Positions 11,465 through 24,600 of a DNA stretch of 64,000 nucleotides are shown in pieces; the stretch's first letter is position 1; each line of letters opens with the position of its first letter. Source of the stretch: Callorhinchus milii (taxonomy: Eukaryota); the NCBI RefSeq assembly GCF_018977255.1, contig NW_024704743.1:72728001-72792000 (forward strand). The letters run 5' to 3'. The translations under genes were made by a program, and so were the position numbers. The notes under the pieces were generated by a model. The model did not search any database. It was not told the origin of the DNA and saw only the letters and a program-made list of their open reading frames with translations.

Positions 11465-12765
11465 CAACTTCGCTCCCACCTCTCCTTCCACTCCCTAATC
11501 GAAGCCCTCCAGTCTGGTTTTCGCCCTGCCCACAGCACAGCGACAGCACTCGTCAAAGTAACAAATGACATCCTCTCTCTCTGTGACCAGGGCTCCATCT
11601 GCGTCCTCATCCTCCTGGATCTCTCTGCCGCCTTTGACACAGTTAATCACGCCATTCTCCTCCACCGCCTCTCCTTCTTCATCCAACTTAGTGGCACTCG
11701 CATGGTTTGAGTCCTATTTAACAAAGCGCCAACAATATACCTTGGCAAATCTTGGCTCCATCCTTGGCCCCCTTCTTTTCCTTATCTACACACTCCCTCT
11801 CGGCGATGTCATCCACAGACATGGGGTCAACTTCCACATGTATACAGATGACATCGAAAACTACTCACCTCCTCCAGCTGTGACTCCCAGTCCACTGATG
11901 TCCTGTCAGCTTGTTTGACAGACATCAAGGCCTGGATAAGCACAAATTTCCTGCAGCTGAACCGCGACAAAATGGAAGCCATACTCTTTAGCTCCCGTCA
12001 ATATCTTCTCTCCTGCGGCTCTGAATTCCTCAACCTCCCCGGTCTCTCCCTCAGACTCACAGAATCTATGCACAACTTAGGCATCAGGTTCGATCCCTTG
12101 CTTTCCTTTCTACCCCACATTCTTTCCCTGACTAGGACCGTGTTTTTCTACCTTCGTTACATTGCCCCCCTCCATCTGTACCTCATAAACAATGCAGCCA
12201 AAACCCTCGTCCAAGTCTTTGTCACTTCCTGGCTGGATTGTTCCAATGCCCTCCTCGCTGGTCTCCCCAGCTCCACCATACACAAAATTCAACTAATTCA
12301 CCTGGATACTCACAAGCACAAAACTCTGTACCCCCATCACACTAGTCCTTTCCAGGCTCCACTGGCTCCCAATTACCGAACGGATTGATTTCAAGATCCT
12401 CTCCCTCATTTTCAAACCCCTTCATGCCCATGCACCTCTTTACCTATCTGATCTGCTTACCCCCCACTCCACCAACCTCTGCTCAGCTGGGTCCGGCCAC
12501 CTGTTTGTCCCTCATTTCCTACGCTCTACCATCGGTGGCCGTGCCTTCAGCTACTATGCCCTGAACTCTGGAACTTTCTCCCTCAATCCCTCCGCCTTGC
12601 TCCCTCCCCACTTTCAAGTCCCTCAAAGACCTTCCTTTTTGATTATGCTCACGGTCACCCCCCACCGCCATCTCCTCTTGGCTCGGTATTAGACTCCGCT
12701 ACTGTCAAGCGCTCCAGGACGCTACCCCACATAAAGGCTGCTATATATATGCAAATTGTTGTTGT
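11465..12765 (+). mobile_element. L2-clade LINE RT remnant (subfamily A tail)
   Basis: ORFs 11565..11918 ([23 protein letters not shown]) and 11915..12388 (NFLQLNRDKME, FVTSWLDCSNALL); gttgttg tail. Confidence 0.92.
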
Positions 12766-12808
12766 ATATATAAGGGATGCTATAAAAATGGAACATGTTG
12801 AATAATTG

Positions 12809-13141
12809 TGGAGTCCTGTAGCTCAGTGGTTAGAGCACTCGCTTTGCAAGCGAGAGACCTGAGTTCAATTCCAGGCAGTGCGAAACCTTGGGCAAGTTTC
12901 CTTACTCCACACAGAGCCTAATAATAATCCCTCCAAAACCAAAAAACAATAATAAATTTGTCATTTTCAATCTACGACTGTTTGTGGGACATTGCTGTGC
13001 GCAATTGGCTGCCGCGTTCGCCCACAAATATAGTCAATTCACTTTACAGTGTGTTCTGTGAAGTGCTTTGAGACGTCCTCCCGACATGAAAAGTGCTATA
13101 TCAAATGCAAGGATTATTATTATTATTATTATTATTATTAT
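12809..13141 (+). mobile_element. tRNA(Ala)-derived SINE, young subfamily
   Basis: Full head to long (TTA)n tail. Confidence 0.95.
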
Positions 13142-14254
13142 AATAACAGCTGTGGAAAATGTAGAGAATGAGAGACTAAGTGGCTACATCTCTTATGATT
13201 TTATAATTCTGTAACTGTACAGGGGATTGTGATCTTCAGTCATTAAGCTCCAGTACCCTGCTTCAGAAGTTCACTCAGTCTCATCCACACACTCAATGAC
13301 TGTGTAATGTAGCATGTATGTGGTACAGTACTACCTCACCTGATCCACAGCATCACATGCACTCTCCAGAACAGAAGTCACTCCCAGAGGAAGAAGCAGC
13401 AGTGAAAACCAACAACGTGAATACAATTTTCTCCAGGAAAGATAGTTGTAAACAGAATATGCCATAAAAATTATAGCATGATCCAAATTCCATTCACAAG
13501 GATGTCCTGCATAGGTCACTCATATCTTTGGTCTTCAATATTCCATTCTGTGTTCATCAGCTTGTTTCATGTTCACTGACCTACCTGACCCACCATCGAT
13601 GGTCAGGCCTCAACCTATTTGCTCCCACTCTCTATGACTCGTCCCTTCCCTAGCCTCCATCAATCATTGTCTCAAGACCTTTCTCTTTAATTGCACCTTC
13701 ACTGTATAAACGTAAATTTGTTATTGTAATCTATGCCAATATAATTCATAGTAAAGAGGATGACCATACCAGAAAAAAAGTGTTATTCTTTACAAAGGAT
13801 TTAATATCAAATATAAAATACAATTGGCTCTGATTACATTTCATGCTCAAAGTGGCTACATCGAGCATCTATCTAAATAAACATTAGGGAAACCTTTTGT
13901 TTAATTGTTTAATTCTGGGTTGTATATCAGCAGGATACAGCCAGCTATGACTTAAGTAGAAAATCTGTCCTCATTAGGGCGGTGTCTCGTCACTTCCCGC
14001 TATTGTGGGATGGTCGCCAGGACCACAGAAAAATATGGTGAAATTGCCCTGGATTCTAAGCAATATTAATCCTTGCATTTGATATAGCATCTTATCACAT
14101 TGTCAAGACATCTCAAAGTGCTTCACAGGATATACTATAAAGTGGATTGACTGTTTATTTTGTGGGCACAAGGCAGCAACAGTGCACAACAGTGGCCCAC
14201 AAATAGCCATGGAGTGAGTGACCAAGATCCCTTCTTTGAAAAATTGCACCTCCA

Positions 14255-14468
14255 CAAGTGCAAAGTTCCCCAGGTACCTCCTTCAATCCCTTTGCCTTGC
14301 CCCCACTTACCCCATTTTCAGGTTGTGCCTGAAGACCTTCCTCTTCGACCATGCCTATGGTCACCTTTCCCCTACCCCTGGCTCGGCAGCAAGCCCCACC
14401 ATTGTTAAGTGCTCTGGGACGCCCCCCGGTGTGGAGGGCACTATATATATGCAAGTTGTTGTTGTTGG
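14255..14468 (+). mobile_element. L2 3' end fragment (subfamily A)
   Basis: LKTFLFD and tail gtgctctgggacgccccccggtgtggagggcactatatatatgcaagttgttgttg. Confidence 0.85.
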
Positions 14469-15807
14469 AACGTCAATCTGGACTGCAAATTCAAGTCCCA
14501 GAAGTGAGAGTGTTACCAACTAAGGCCAACTGATAGATATCTTGAGTCAGTAGAATTATAAAGCAGGCTACTTTTTAAAAGTCTGTAGAAAGGTATTCAC
14601 TTGTTGGAGTGAATGACCTTTTCTCAGTCCATGCAAGTGAGTTCAAAATATGCAGAACCAGTCAGCCTTGTAGCATACCTTCTGGCAGTCTAAAGTTTAC
14701 AACACGTTACCTTTCTTTGGCCAAAAAAATGGAAAACTGGCAAGGTAGAAAAATGATTACTTTAAAAAAATTGTAGAATTGTTTAAAGTATTGCAGAAGC
14801 TTAGCTCAGATCTTAATTTTCCTCATTCACTGATTGAAAAAAAATTGAAAAACAATCCACTTCTAATTTAAATAGGTTTGAAATCCAATATTGATCATGA
14901 TTGTAGAACAATGACAGGAACACTCAAAGGAAGAAAAGCCTTTTGGAGTAATTTTCTTACAAACACTGTTTGTTGCATTCAGACTCATTTGCAAAATGAA
15001 CAATCTTTTCATCTTCTTAGTTCTACCCACAAAATACACCATCACTGCACTTTACAGTATATCCTGTGAAGCTCTTTGAGACTTCCTCCTGAAATGAAAG
15101 TCACTGTTCCAAATGTAAGAATTATTATTACTAGTTGGATTATGGATAGGATGCTCAATAGAAACCAACAGCAGATTTTCCTTTGGTTTTGTTCTTTTTA
15201 ATAAAAATTCACAGCATAATCCACACAACCATGGTTTATTGCTGTTTACCTTTATTTGAAGCATAGAAGGTAGAACAAAAATCCACAAGCTGACCAACAG
15301 CTGAGGCACACAACTGTAATCCTTCATTCCATGGGACAAGAACAGGGAAAGCATGAACAATAACATCACTCAATCCGCATTGACTAAATTCAAGTGAACA
15401 GACTGCTTATATTGTATAACTGCATTACATTGAGATGTTCACTTTTTCTCTGATGACACAATGCATTTATCCACAGGTAATAAGGTTGGGATTTTAGTCA
15501 TTGATTTTATTAACGAAATACAAAAAAATTCAATTCAATGTGGACGATATACAATTTGGTATGCAAGTCATTACCATATATATGAACAAATGTTCTCTGT
15601 AAACATCAATTCCTTCTCAAACTGATAAGATTGTCTTATATTGGTGGAGCTACATTCTTGTTTTGATTGCTTGGGGGAAACAATTGCTTAACTAGAGAGA
15701 ACTCTTAAGGGAAACTTGAAATGAAAAATTCTGCTTTAAATGTATAAAATCTCTGAAAGTAGTTAGGTTTTTGTGGGAAGCCTAGAGCATTCTAGTCTGA
15801 TTTTGGT

Positions 15808-16060
15808 GTCAGCCTGGCTTGCTCAGTTGGGAGCACTCTCACCTCTGAATTAAAGGTTGTGGGTTCAATTCCCATTTCGGGATTAAACTAAGTTCCTGAA
15901 TATGCTATTTGGATGGACATTAAAAATACCATGGCATTATTCAAAGAGTTTTCCCAGTGTCCTTGTCCTGGTCAACAAGCCTGCAGATACAACTGATCAT
16001 TCACTTGATGGCTGTTTGTGGCCCATTGCTATGTGCATATTGGCTGCCACGTTTGCATAC
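15808..16060 (+). mobile_element. Old Deu-type SINE, truncated by the adjacent L2
   Basis: gctcagttgggagcactctcacctctgaattaaaggttgtgggttcaattccc head and ggctgtttgtgg...ttggctgcc core. Confidence 0.7.
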
Positions 16061-16063
16061 TAA

Positions 16064-16740
16064 AACAACAACAAGATTACATTTGTATAGCGCCTTTCAC
16101 GTCGGGAGGACGTGCCAAGGAGCTGGACAGAGTGCAGCATTTCAGACCCGAGCTGGGGTCAGGGGGGGAGAAGGGAGAGGAGAAGAAGGGGTGGGGCTGA
16201 TGACACGGTTGAAGAGGACGGTCTTGAGGCAGGACTTGAAGGAGGCTAAGGAGGGGGCGAGGCGGAGTGACTGGGGGATGGAATTCCACAGGTTGGGGCA
16301 GAGTGCCTGAAGGCTCTCCCGCCAATGGTGGGGCGGGTGGGTTGGGGGACGTGGAGCAGGCCAGAGCCGGCTGAGCAGAGGGAGCGGGCGGGTTGGTAGG
16401 GGGTTAGGAGGTCGCAGGCGTAGGGTGGGGCGAGGCCATGGAGGGCTTTGTATGTGAGGACCAGGATCTTGAACTGGATCCTCTGAAGGATAGGGAGCCA
16501 GTGGAGTCGGGCAAGAGTGGGTGAGATGGGGTCATGGAGTTTGGTGCGGAAGAGGACATGGGCTGCAGAGTTTTGGATTATCTGTAGCCTGTGGAGGGAG
16601 GAGTTGGGAAGGCTGACAAGCAGGGCATTTGCATAGTCGAGCCTGGAGGTGATGAAGGCATGAACAAGAGTTTCAGCGGCCTGAGGGGTGAGGTAGTGGC
16701 GGAGTTGGGTGATGTTATGGAGGTGAGGGAAGGCAGAGTG
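16064..16740 (-). mobile_element. L2 3' fragment (subfamily B tail)
   Basis: ORF 16246..16809 (AETLVHAFITSRLDYANALL, LHWLPI, TIGGRAF); tail cctcccgacgtgaaaggcgctatacaaatgtaatcttgttg. Confidence 0.92.
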
Positions 16741-17329
16741 TACCATCCCGCACTTTACGGTGAATATTAATAACAATAATCCTTGCATTTGATATGTATT
16801 TGAATCCAATGCTTTGAAACGTCCTCTGACATGAAAGACCTATATAACAAATGCAAAGATTAAAAAAAACTTTCACTTGTGAAACATTGCAATCAATGCA
16901 ATATGTGCAGATTCCTGTGACATTGCTTTCAGTCCGCAAAATATGGAGAACTAAATTACTGGAGTTCATTTAAACATCTGCAACCACTAAAGTGCAACTC
17001 CGCACAAACAACAATTTGCCAAGATTTTCAGACAGTAAATATAAAAAAGTGACAGTCTGGGCAGCCAGCTGTGAAAAAAAATGCTGATTTGGGAATTTGT
17101 AATTTACAGCAAGCCTTCAAACATTACAATAAATATTACCATAGGCTTTATGACACGCATTCATTTCCCCAAAGCTCTATACAACGTGTTGGTCTTAAGT
17201 GCATATAATTATGAGGAAGTGCCACTAGCAGCAACGTACTCGATAGATCAAAATAGTGTGAGGCAGCAATAAAATGCAAACAGGACACTACTATACTGCT
17301 AAATCATCTCAATTTAGATCCCCGGACAT

Positions 17330-18338
17330 CATACACAGGTTGTACAGTGCTCTGGTTAGCCCACAGCTTGAATACTGCATACAGTTCTGGTCACTGTGAC
17401 ATAGTGGGGTGTCCAGGCCCTAGAGGCAGTACAGAGGAGAGCAACTAGAGTGATCTCCAGTGTTAGAGGAATGAGCTACGAGCAATAATTAGACAAGTTA
17501 GGGCTTGTCACTCGAGAGAAGAGGACTCAGAGGGGACCTCATAGAGGTGTAAAAGTTTTTAAATGGGATTGAAAAAGTCAACCCAGATCAATACTTTAGG
17601 AAGCAACAAGTAAGCAGAACAAGAGGATACAGGTTCATTGTTGCAAAGGGTAATTTCAGGACAGATAATAGATTTACAATTATATAGTGGCTGTCATGTC
17701 GGGGGGATGTCCTTAGGCACTGGACAGTCTAAGATTTGCATCTAAGCTCGGGATCAGGAGGGTGGGGGGTGCCAAGGGGTTGATTATCCTTTATGCAAAG
17801 GGTAATTAACTACTGCAACAGGTAGCCAGGAAAGGTGGTAGAGAACAACAACAACAAATAATAATCCTTGCATTTGATATAGCGCTTTTCACGTCTTTTC
17901 GACGTCTCAAAGCGCTTCACAGAATAGACTGTTAAGTGACTTGACCGTATATTTGTGGGTGAAACTCGGCAGCCAATTGCGCACAGCAGTGTCCCACAAA
18001 CAGTCGTGGATTGAAAATGACCAATTTATTATTGTTTTGTTTTGGAGGGATTATTATTAGGCGTGTGGAGTAAGGAAACTTGCCCAAGGTTTCTTCCTGC
18101 CCAGAATTGAACCCAGGTGTCTCGCTTGCAAGGCGAGTGCTCTTACCACTGAGCTACAGACTCCAAATTACATTTGTATAGCACCTTTCACGTTGGGAGG
18201 ATATCCCAAGTCGCCAGGATACTGGACTCATTTAAAAGGCAGTTTAATGCAGGGATGTGGGGAGACGATAGGATGGATGTTCTGGAGGGATGAGATTGGA
18301 TGGGCCAAAAGACCTTCTTCATCCAGAGCAATCCCATA
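17330..18338 (+). mobile_element. CR1 3' fragment interrupted by two L2 tails and a SINE
   Basis: LYSALVSPQLEYCIQFWS / LEAVQRRATRVI / RGDLIEV motifs; CR1 sequence resumes at about 17783-17843 and 18213-18338. Confidence 0.8.
17857..18165 (-). mobile_element. tRNA(Ala)-derived SINE
   Basis: Full-length reverse copy inserted into the (CAA)n tail of a short L2 end. Confidence 0.93.
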
Positions 18339-18339
18339 T

Positions 18340-18746
18340 CAACCTGTCTGCTCCCTGCACTCAGCAGCCTGTGGCCAACTCCACTTCCCCCGCCCAGTCC
18401 ACCTCACCGTTGGGGGTCGGGCCTTCAGCCCTTCTGCCCCACTGTTTGGAACTCCATCCCACGTCCCTTTGTCTTGCTCCCTACCTTGCCTCCTTCAAGG
18501 CATGTCTCAAGACCCTCCTCTTTGACTGCACCTTCGGCCACCCTCCTACCCATATCCTCCCTGCCCTCCACCCTCCCTGATCCAACAACCACAACAAAAT
18601 TACATTTATAGAGCCCTTTCACGTCGGGAGGATGTCCCAAGGCGCTGGACAGTCAGGGGTCAGGACCTGAGCATAGGGGAAAGGTGGGTTAGAGGTGAGG
18701 AAAGGCAGAGAGCTGGGAGAGCAACCGAAGGCACGATCGAAGAGGA
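18340..18746. mobile_element. Two L2 3' fragments tail to tail (+ 18340-18580, - 18590-18746)
   Basis: TVGGRAFS and LKTLLFD on the plus strand; reverse subfamily-B tail at 18590-18655. Confidence 0.8.
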
Positions 18747-19070
18747 TAATAATAATAATAATAATCCTTGCATTTGATATAGCGCTTTTCACGTCAGGAG
18801 GACGTCCCAAAGCGCTTCACAGAACACACTGTAAAGTGAATTGACTGTATATTTGTGGGCGAACGCGGCAGCCAATTGCGCACAGCAATGTCCCACAAAC
18901 AGTCGTAGATTGAAAATGACCAATTTAATTATTGTTTTTGGTTTTTTGGAGGGATTATTATTAGGCGTGTGGAGTAAGGAAACTTGCCCAAGGTTTCGCC
19001 CTGCCTGGAATTGAACTCAGGTCTCTCACTTGCAAAGCGAGTGCTCTAACCACTGAGCTACAGGACTCCA
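18747..19070 (-). mobile_element. tRNA(Ala)-derived SINE, young subfamily
   Basis: Full-length reverse copy ending ...gagctacaggactcca. Confidence 0.95.
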
Positions 19071-19350
19071 GGATGGTGGTGGTGTTGGACAGTCCAAATC
19101 CATGACTGTCCAGCAACTTGGGACATCCTCCCAACGTGAAAGGCGCAAAAGAAATGTAATTTTCTATTTGTATCTTGTGATCATGTGACTTCCTGTACAC
19201 AATGTCCATGTGCACTATCCACAAGAAATGCACTTGACATACCTTTCTGTGCATGCACAGCACACAGGAGGCAGCCAGTCAGTGCCCAAAAGCCAAAATG
19301 CACTGCACTTCTGAGATACCACGAATCCTCGGTGTGACCACAATATAAAT

Positions 19351-19660
19351 TGGAGTGCTGTAGCTCAGTGGTTAGAGCGCTCGCCTCACAAGCAAGAGAC
19401 TCGGGTTTGATTCCCAGCAGGGCAAAACCTTGGCCAAGTTTCCTTACTCCACACGTCTGATAATAATCCCTCAAGAAAAAGAACAATAATAATTTGGTCA
19501 CTTCAATCCACGACTGTTTGCGGGACACTGCTGTTCGCAAAAATGCTGTGTTTCGCCCCCAAACATGCAGTCAATTCACTTTACAGTATATTCTGTGAAG
19601 CATTTTGAGACGTCTAGAAGACGTGACAAGCTCTATATCAAATTCAAGGATTATTATTAT
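19351..19660 (+). mobile_element. tRNA(Ala)-derived SINE with 7-bp target-site duplication
   Basis: Full-length; tataaat at 19344-19350 and 19661-19667. Confidence 0.93.
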
Positions 19661-19934
19661 TATAAATAGACCCACATAATACCAGGGCTCATTTTGAGTA
19701 CAGAAAAATACTTTTTCAACTTTATGCAATCCAACAAAATGCTTGTCGGTTATTCCTGAATGTTCTGCAGTATGACCTGCTGAAGCCAACTCATCAGAAC
19801 TCTGTGTGCACATGCTCAGCCGGGCACATTATGCTGACAACAACCAATTTAGAGGACTCGTTTGTGTAAAAAAAACACAAGCACAAGCTGACCTAATATT
19901 AGTCACCGTGAAAAGGAAAACTGAGCTATGCGGA

Positions 19935-20190
19935 GCAGGAAGGTTCAAGTTCAACTCCCAGTCCGTGCTGAATTAGCTGATCTCAGCTGAGGCAACAGCA
20001 GAACCAGATCAACTGGCTCAGTAACCAGCAGGGAATTGTAGCCAGAGTAATGACTCCTGATCATGATTGAGTGACTGCTCTAGCAAGGTGCACATGAATA
20101 GGCATCTGGGTCAGGCTTGATCCCCACGGTCACACAGCCTGTAAATATTTACGCATGAAGAATGACCACTTGGATGAGGTACCTGTGGTA
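19935..20190 (+). repeat. Ancient SINE-like repeat, third family (also about 28450-28600 and 54170-54460)
   Basis: Shared gttcaa..ccyagtcygtgctgarttarct.atct and caggcttg motifs between 19945 and 54175. Confidence 0.5.
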
Positions 20191-21012
20191 TCAAACACCA
20201 ACATGGTCAGCACCTTTAGTGTGAGGAGAAATGTGCAGAGTTTGGGGGTGTGGGAGGAGAAGGGTTGATGAGGAGAAAGAAGCCAGGTTGATGCAAAATT
20301 AATGTTGAACTGTCTTAATGATTTATCTGAAACACTGCAAAGATTTAGAAACAGATTCAACAATAACAGCTTACACATATATATCATATTGGTAAAAATT
20401 CTCAAAGTACATAAACTGAACCTCAAGCTGGGAGAGAGCTAGGGGAGGGGAAGAGGGGAGGAGGCCTAAACTGCCCTCAAAGGTACATCTTTTGGAACTT
20501 TGCCTGTACAATATGCCATGTTCAAGTTGTCTTGATTATTTCTGATCACAATATTTTCTCCCGGTCAATGTGTTTCAAATAAATCAACATATATGAAGAT
20601 AAGCAAAGCAGTCTTGAACAAAATATCTTTTAATGCAGAAAACTTTGACATCTAAAATGTGCTCTCCTTAGCCTGTCCCTCTGCATCTCTCTCCCCCCTC
20701 TCCTCCAACAAGAGCAGTTGGGAGTGGGAAAAATAATTGCAGCTTCTTGCTCCACATCGCTCCACTCTTGGGAGTGATAACACATTGCCTTCTCCTGCAT
20801 TATAAACCAGGCAAAAGTTTAACTTGCCTAAAAATCTCCATTTCCAAGGAATGATTTATAGGTCATCATTGTGCTAAAAAAATCCTCTTTCATCCAAGAA
20901 TTGTTTCTTTCAAGAATTCATTCATTGATTCAAGCAGCAATATGTTTAACATTAAATATTAAAAAGATTATGAATCGTTATACAAATGTAACAATTCAAT
21001 GTTGGCACCACA

Positions 21013-21675
21013 AAGCCTTGTTCATTTGGTAGTGTTCTTGTCTCTGAATCAAAAGGTTGTGGATTCAAGCTCTATGTTAGGATTTAAGTTCAGTCTAGGT
21101 TGACTCTACAGTGCAGTGCTGGGGGTGTGACGCATTGTCACGGGGCTGTCATTCGAATGACACAATACGCCTAGGTCTAATGCACATTTAAGGTCCCATG
21201 ATACATTGTCAGTAACTAGAGAGTAACAATTTAAGATAGTTAGCAAATGAGGAGTTCAGGAGAATTTTTTCACACACAGAGTAATTAGGATATGGAATGC
21301 CCTTCTGGGAGCAGCGGTTGAGGCAGAATCCATATTGGCCTTCAAGTGGGAACTAGACAGATACCTTCAAAAGAGTCAGCTACAGGGGTATGGGGAAAGG
21401 GTAGGTAAAATGAAATAAAAGGATTGTTCTTGAGGGAGGCGACATAGACATGATGGCTGAATGGACTTATTCTGTGCCTATGATTCTATGGTTCTATTCA
21501 AAAAAAGAAGGGAGTTTCTCCTGGTATTCTAGCCAATAATCCTCACTTCAATGCTACTTGCTGGACATTGCTGCATGCAAATTAACTGTTTGCCTACAAA
21601 TACAACCAATATACTTTACAGCATTTATTTATGTTTTGACATTATAGGCACTATATCAAATGCAAGACTGTTATT
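21013..21675 (+). mobile_element. Old Deu-type SINE split by a CR1 3' end (about 21209-21495)
   Basis: SINE breaks after ggtcccatgatacattg and resumes attcaaaaaaagaagggagtttctcctgg. The insert encodes NFFTHRVIRIWNAL and ends in a ctatgattctatg tail. Confidence 0.8.
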
Positions 21676-24600
21676 AGATTACAGAAAGGAACTCTGAACA
21701 TTTAAACAATTTCTGCTCTGCATCCTACATATGTGTTGTCTGCAGTTTTTATATTCCTGTGGGTTGTACTCAACTACTAATATTTAGGATAAATTTGTGT
21801 TGCCTTCATGCTTTGGAGAACTGCAATTATTTTAGAACATTTGTGCTTTATGTCAATTTCTTTATCTATAGTTAAATTCAATTTGTCAAGTTAGTTGGAA
21901 AACTTAAAACATATGAAGATTTGTCCCTTAAAATAAAATGTATTCATTCTGTGGTCACAGAAATAGCAAGATGAACTTTTCTTATTTTTTGCTTTTAGCA
22001 GCTCTTTTCCCTCTTTACTGAAAATTCTATCTCACTCAGCAAGTTAAGACTCCTAAATGTTAGATTTATAGTTTCTCAATTGTGAAATATTGAACTCTGT
22101 GCTGAACAGGGATTCAAAAACCTGCCAATGCATCCCATTCCAAAGAATGTTCAATGTAAATGTCAGTCTTGAAAGCAATGCGATTTAAAACAGCTGTACT
22201 GAACTTCTTCATCTCAGGGACTTAGCTAAAGGCCACATTGAAGAGCAAATGGTCTCTTTGGAGGGAAGGGAAAGGTTTCACAAACTTACATTTTGTTATG
22301 AAAAGAGGCCAACGCAAAGGTGTTTTTATAGAGAAACAAGAACCTAAATATTGCCATTGGTAATCAGACAGTTGAATTCATTAAGTTAACAGAATATGTG
22401 TCATCTTTCAATGTTATTTCTTCATACCTTTGGGAAGAACTGTACACATGTATTGTATGAGCTGAGGTATTCTTGTTAATACATTAAATATTGCCACTAT
22501 TATGATTAACTGAACTTTGAAGCTGAATGCCTGATCCAGCAGAGCCTTCCGTCAATTTTGTTTGGTCAGCCAGATGTCTGACACATATGGAAACCCATCT
22601 CTATGTTCAACAGGCTTTCTTCATCTCACCTAATCTTGTGATCTGCTGTGATCTGATATTTGTGTAGCCGACTTGCATTGGATTCAAGTTGTAGTGAAAA
22701 TAAAGAATTTGCATTTGGTTTCTGGATTTCTTTTTGGACAGTATATGGCACGGCATAGCATACTCCCAGAAAAAGAGTTAATACTGTTTTTGATTCTGTC
22801 TTAAAAAATTAATTCATTTTGAATCAGAACTTGCAGGTTAGGTGGCCATTCAGCTCATTGAGCTAAGCTAGTGCTAGCTCATCGCTAGACTTGATTGCTT
22901 ATCTGGCGAATCTACAGGTACTATTTTATCTCACATAGAACTGTGACATAGTGGCATAGTACTGCCCCAGGAACTGAAATGCTGAATCAAATGAGATATT
23001 TAAAAGAGAGATAACAACAAGAAGAGGTACAGAGAAAAGGCTGGGAAATTGGATCGGAAATGGGATCATGCCATGACCTTGTAAAATGGGCAGCAAACTC
23101 AATTGTCTGACTGACCTGCTCCTGTGCTACATTCCTAAGAAATGCATTTGGTTGTAAACTGTAATCTTCGGCTCCTTCACAGTGTTTCTATACAATCAGC
23201 ATCCAGTCACAAAAATGGAATGTTCCCCGATGTCAAATAAATTAACTTTGAAATAATAACAATAATAATAGTAATAATCCTTGCATTTGATATAGCAACT
23301 TATCACATTGTTGAGATGTCTCAAAGCGCTTCACAGAACATATTGTAAAGTAAATCGACTGTGTATCTGTGAGCGAAATGAGGCAGCAGTGTCCCAAAAC
23401 TGTTGTGCATTCAGTGACCACATTTTTTTTGAGCAATTGTTACCCCCGGAAAGCGATCTGCCAATAAATATATAAATAAATTATAAACAAACACATGCTG
23501 TTCCACTGTTGTGAGTCATATTCATCAGCTCAGTGTAATATGGGTCACAGATGTGTATCTTCAATCGAGTGCTTGTTGGATTCACAATATGGCTGCATCA
23601 TTAGATTAATATTTCTTGTTTAGCTTTGAATGCCCAATTTGCTGTGATTTTAGACAGAACATTTGAATGAATTTTGCATTTGTTCTATGACTAATTTGAA
23701 AGGAGAGATCCATGACTTGCATGAGTAGGATTCCATGTGACATTTTGTAGTCTATTCATGGTCAGTCAACCCAAGAGGCTTGAACTGCAAGACAAATTGT
23801 GCCGTCAGAAAAATAAATGGCATGTGACCGACAGAACTAATGACTGCTGCCTGATTTTTTCACTTCTCATTGGTGTTATCATTACTGTCAGCAATGATAA
23901 AGATAGACGGGGGCTGAGCTGTTCTTTACCCCTAAGAACTAAGTCCATGACACCAAAACCTACTGCAAAATGAACTTCTCTGCTGAGTGGTGGAAGATCC
24001 AGCCATATTCAATCAACTGAAGAATTCATACATAATGCGCAACACAGAGAGGATAGAATAAACCCTGTTGCTCTCTGCAACAGAAAACGGCTCCCGGAAA
24101 AGTGAAAGTATGTTCGGCAGTCAAGAGATATTTATATGTAAATTTCTCTTTTCTTAGGAGGGAAAAAGGTGATTCACCATTGCTCGAAGCATGGGTGAAT
24201 CAGTTCTACCAGCTTGAGGCAACAGCCGCACATAGTAACATGCATTCCATCAAACTATAATTAACCTAGTAAATGTCAAAGGAATTTGACAGATGGGAAA
24301 TTAATGATGGGTTTACACAGTGTGTCTATAGCTGTGGGCATGCACCTCAGCTTCCTTTGACTGAATATTAACAAAAATGAAACGTTTCATCAATGCCTTA
24401 TTTCCGACTCCATCAAACTCCCAGGTTGCTTGCTTCAACTTATCCTGCTAGTGGTAATGCCAAATGCCTTGTCCATTATTGCCATACCGTGGCTAAGTAG
24501 CAGTGGCTTTTGTTTCTATGTATCGAGGAAACGGTTCCATGACATTCATGTATGCCATACAAGTGAGGTTACTCAAGGCGTGTATTGGGCCTCCGCTGGC

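Noticed and set aside
13336..13520. Strong-looking minus-strand donor cag|gtgagg with an upstream ORF
   Set aside because: No kinase similarity and no clear acceptor.
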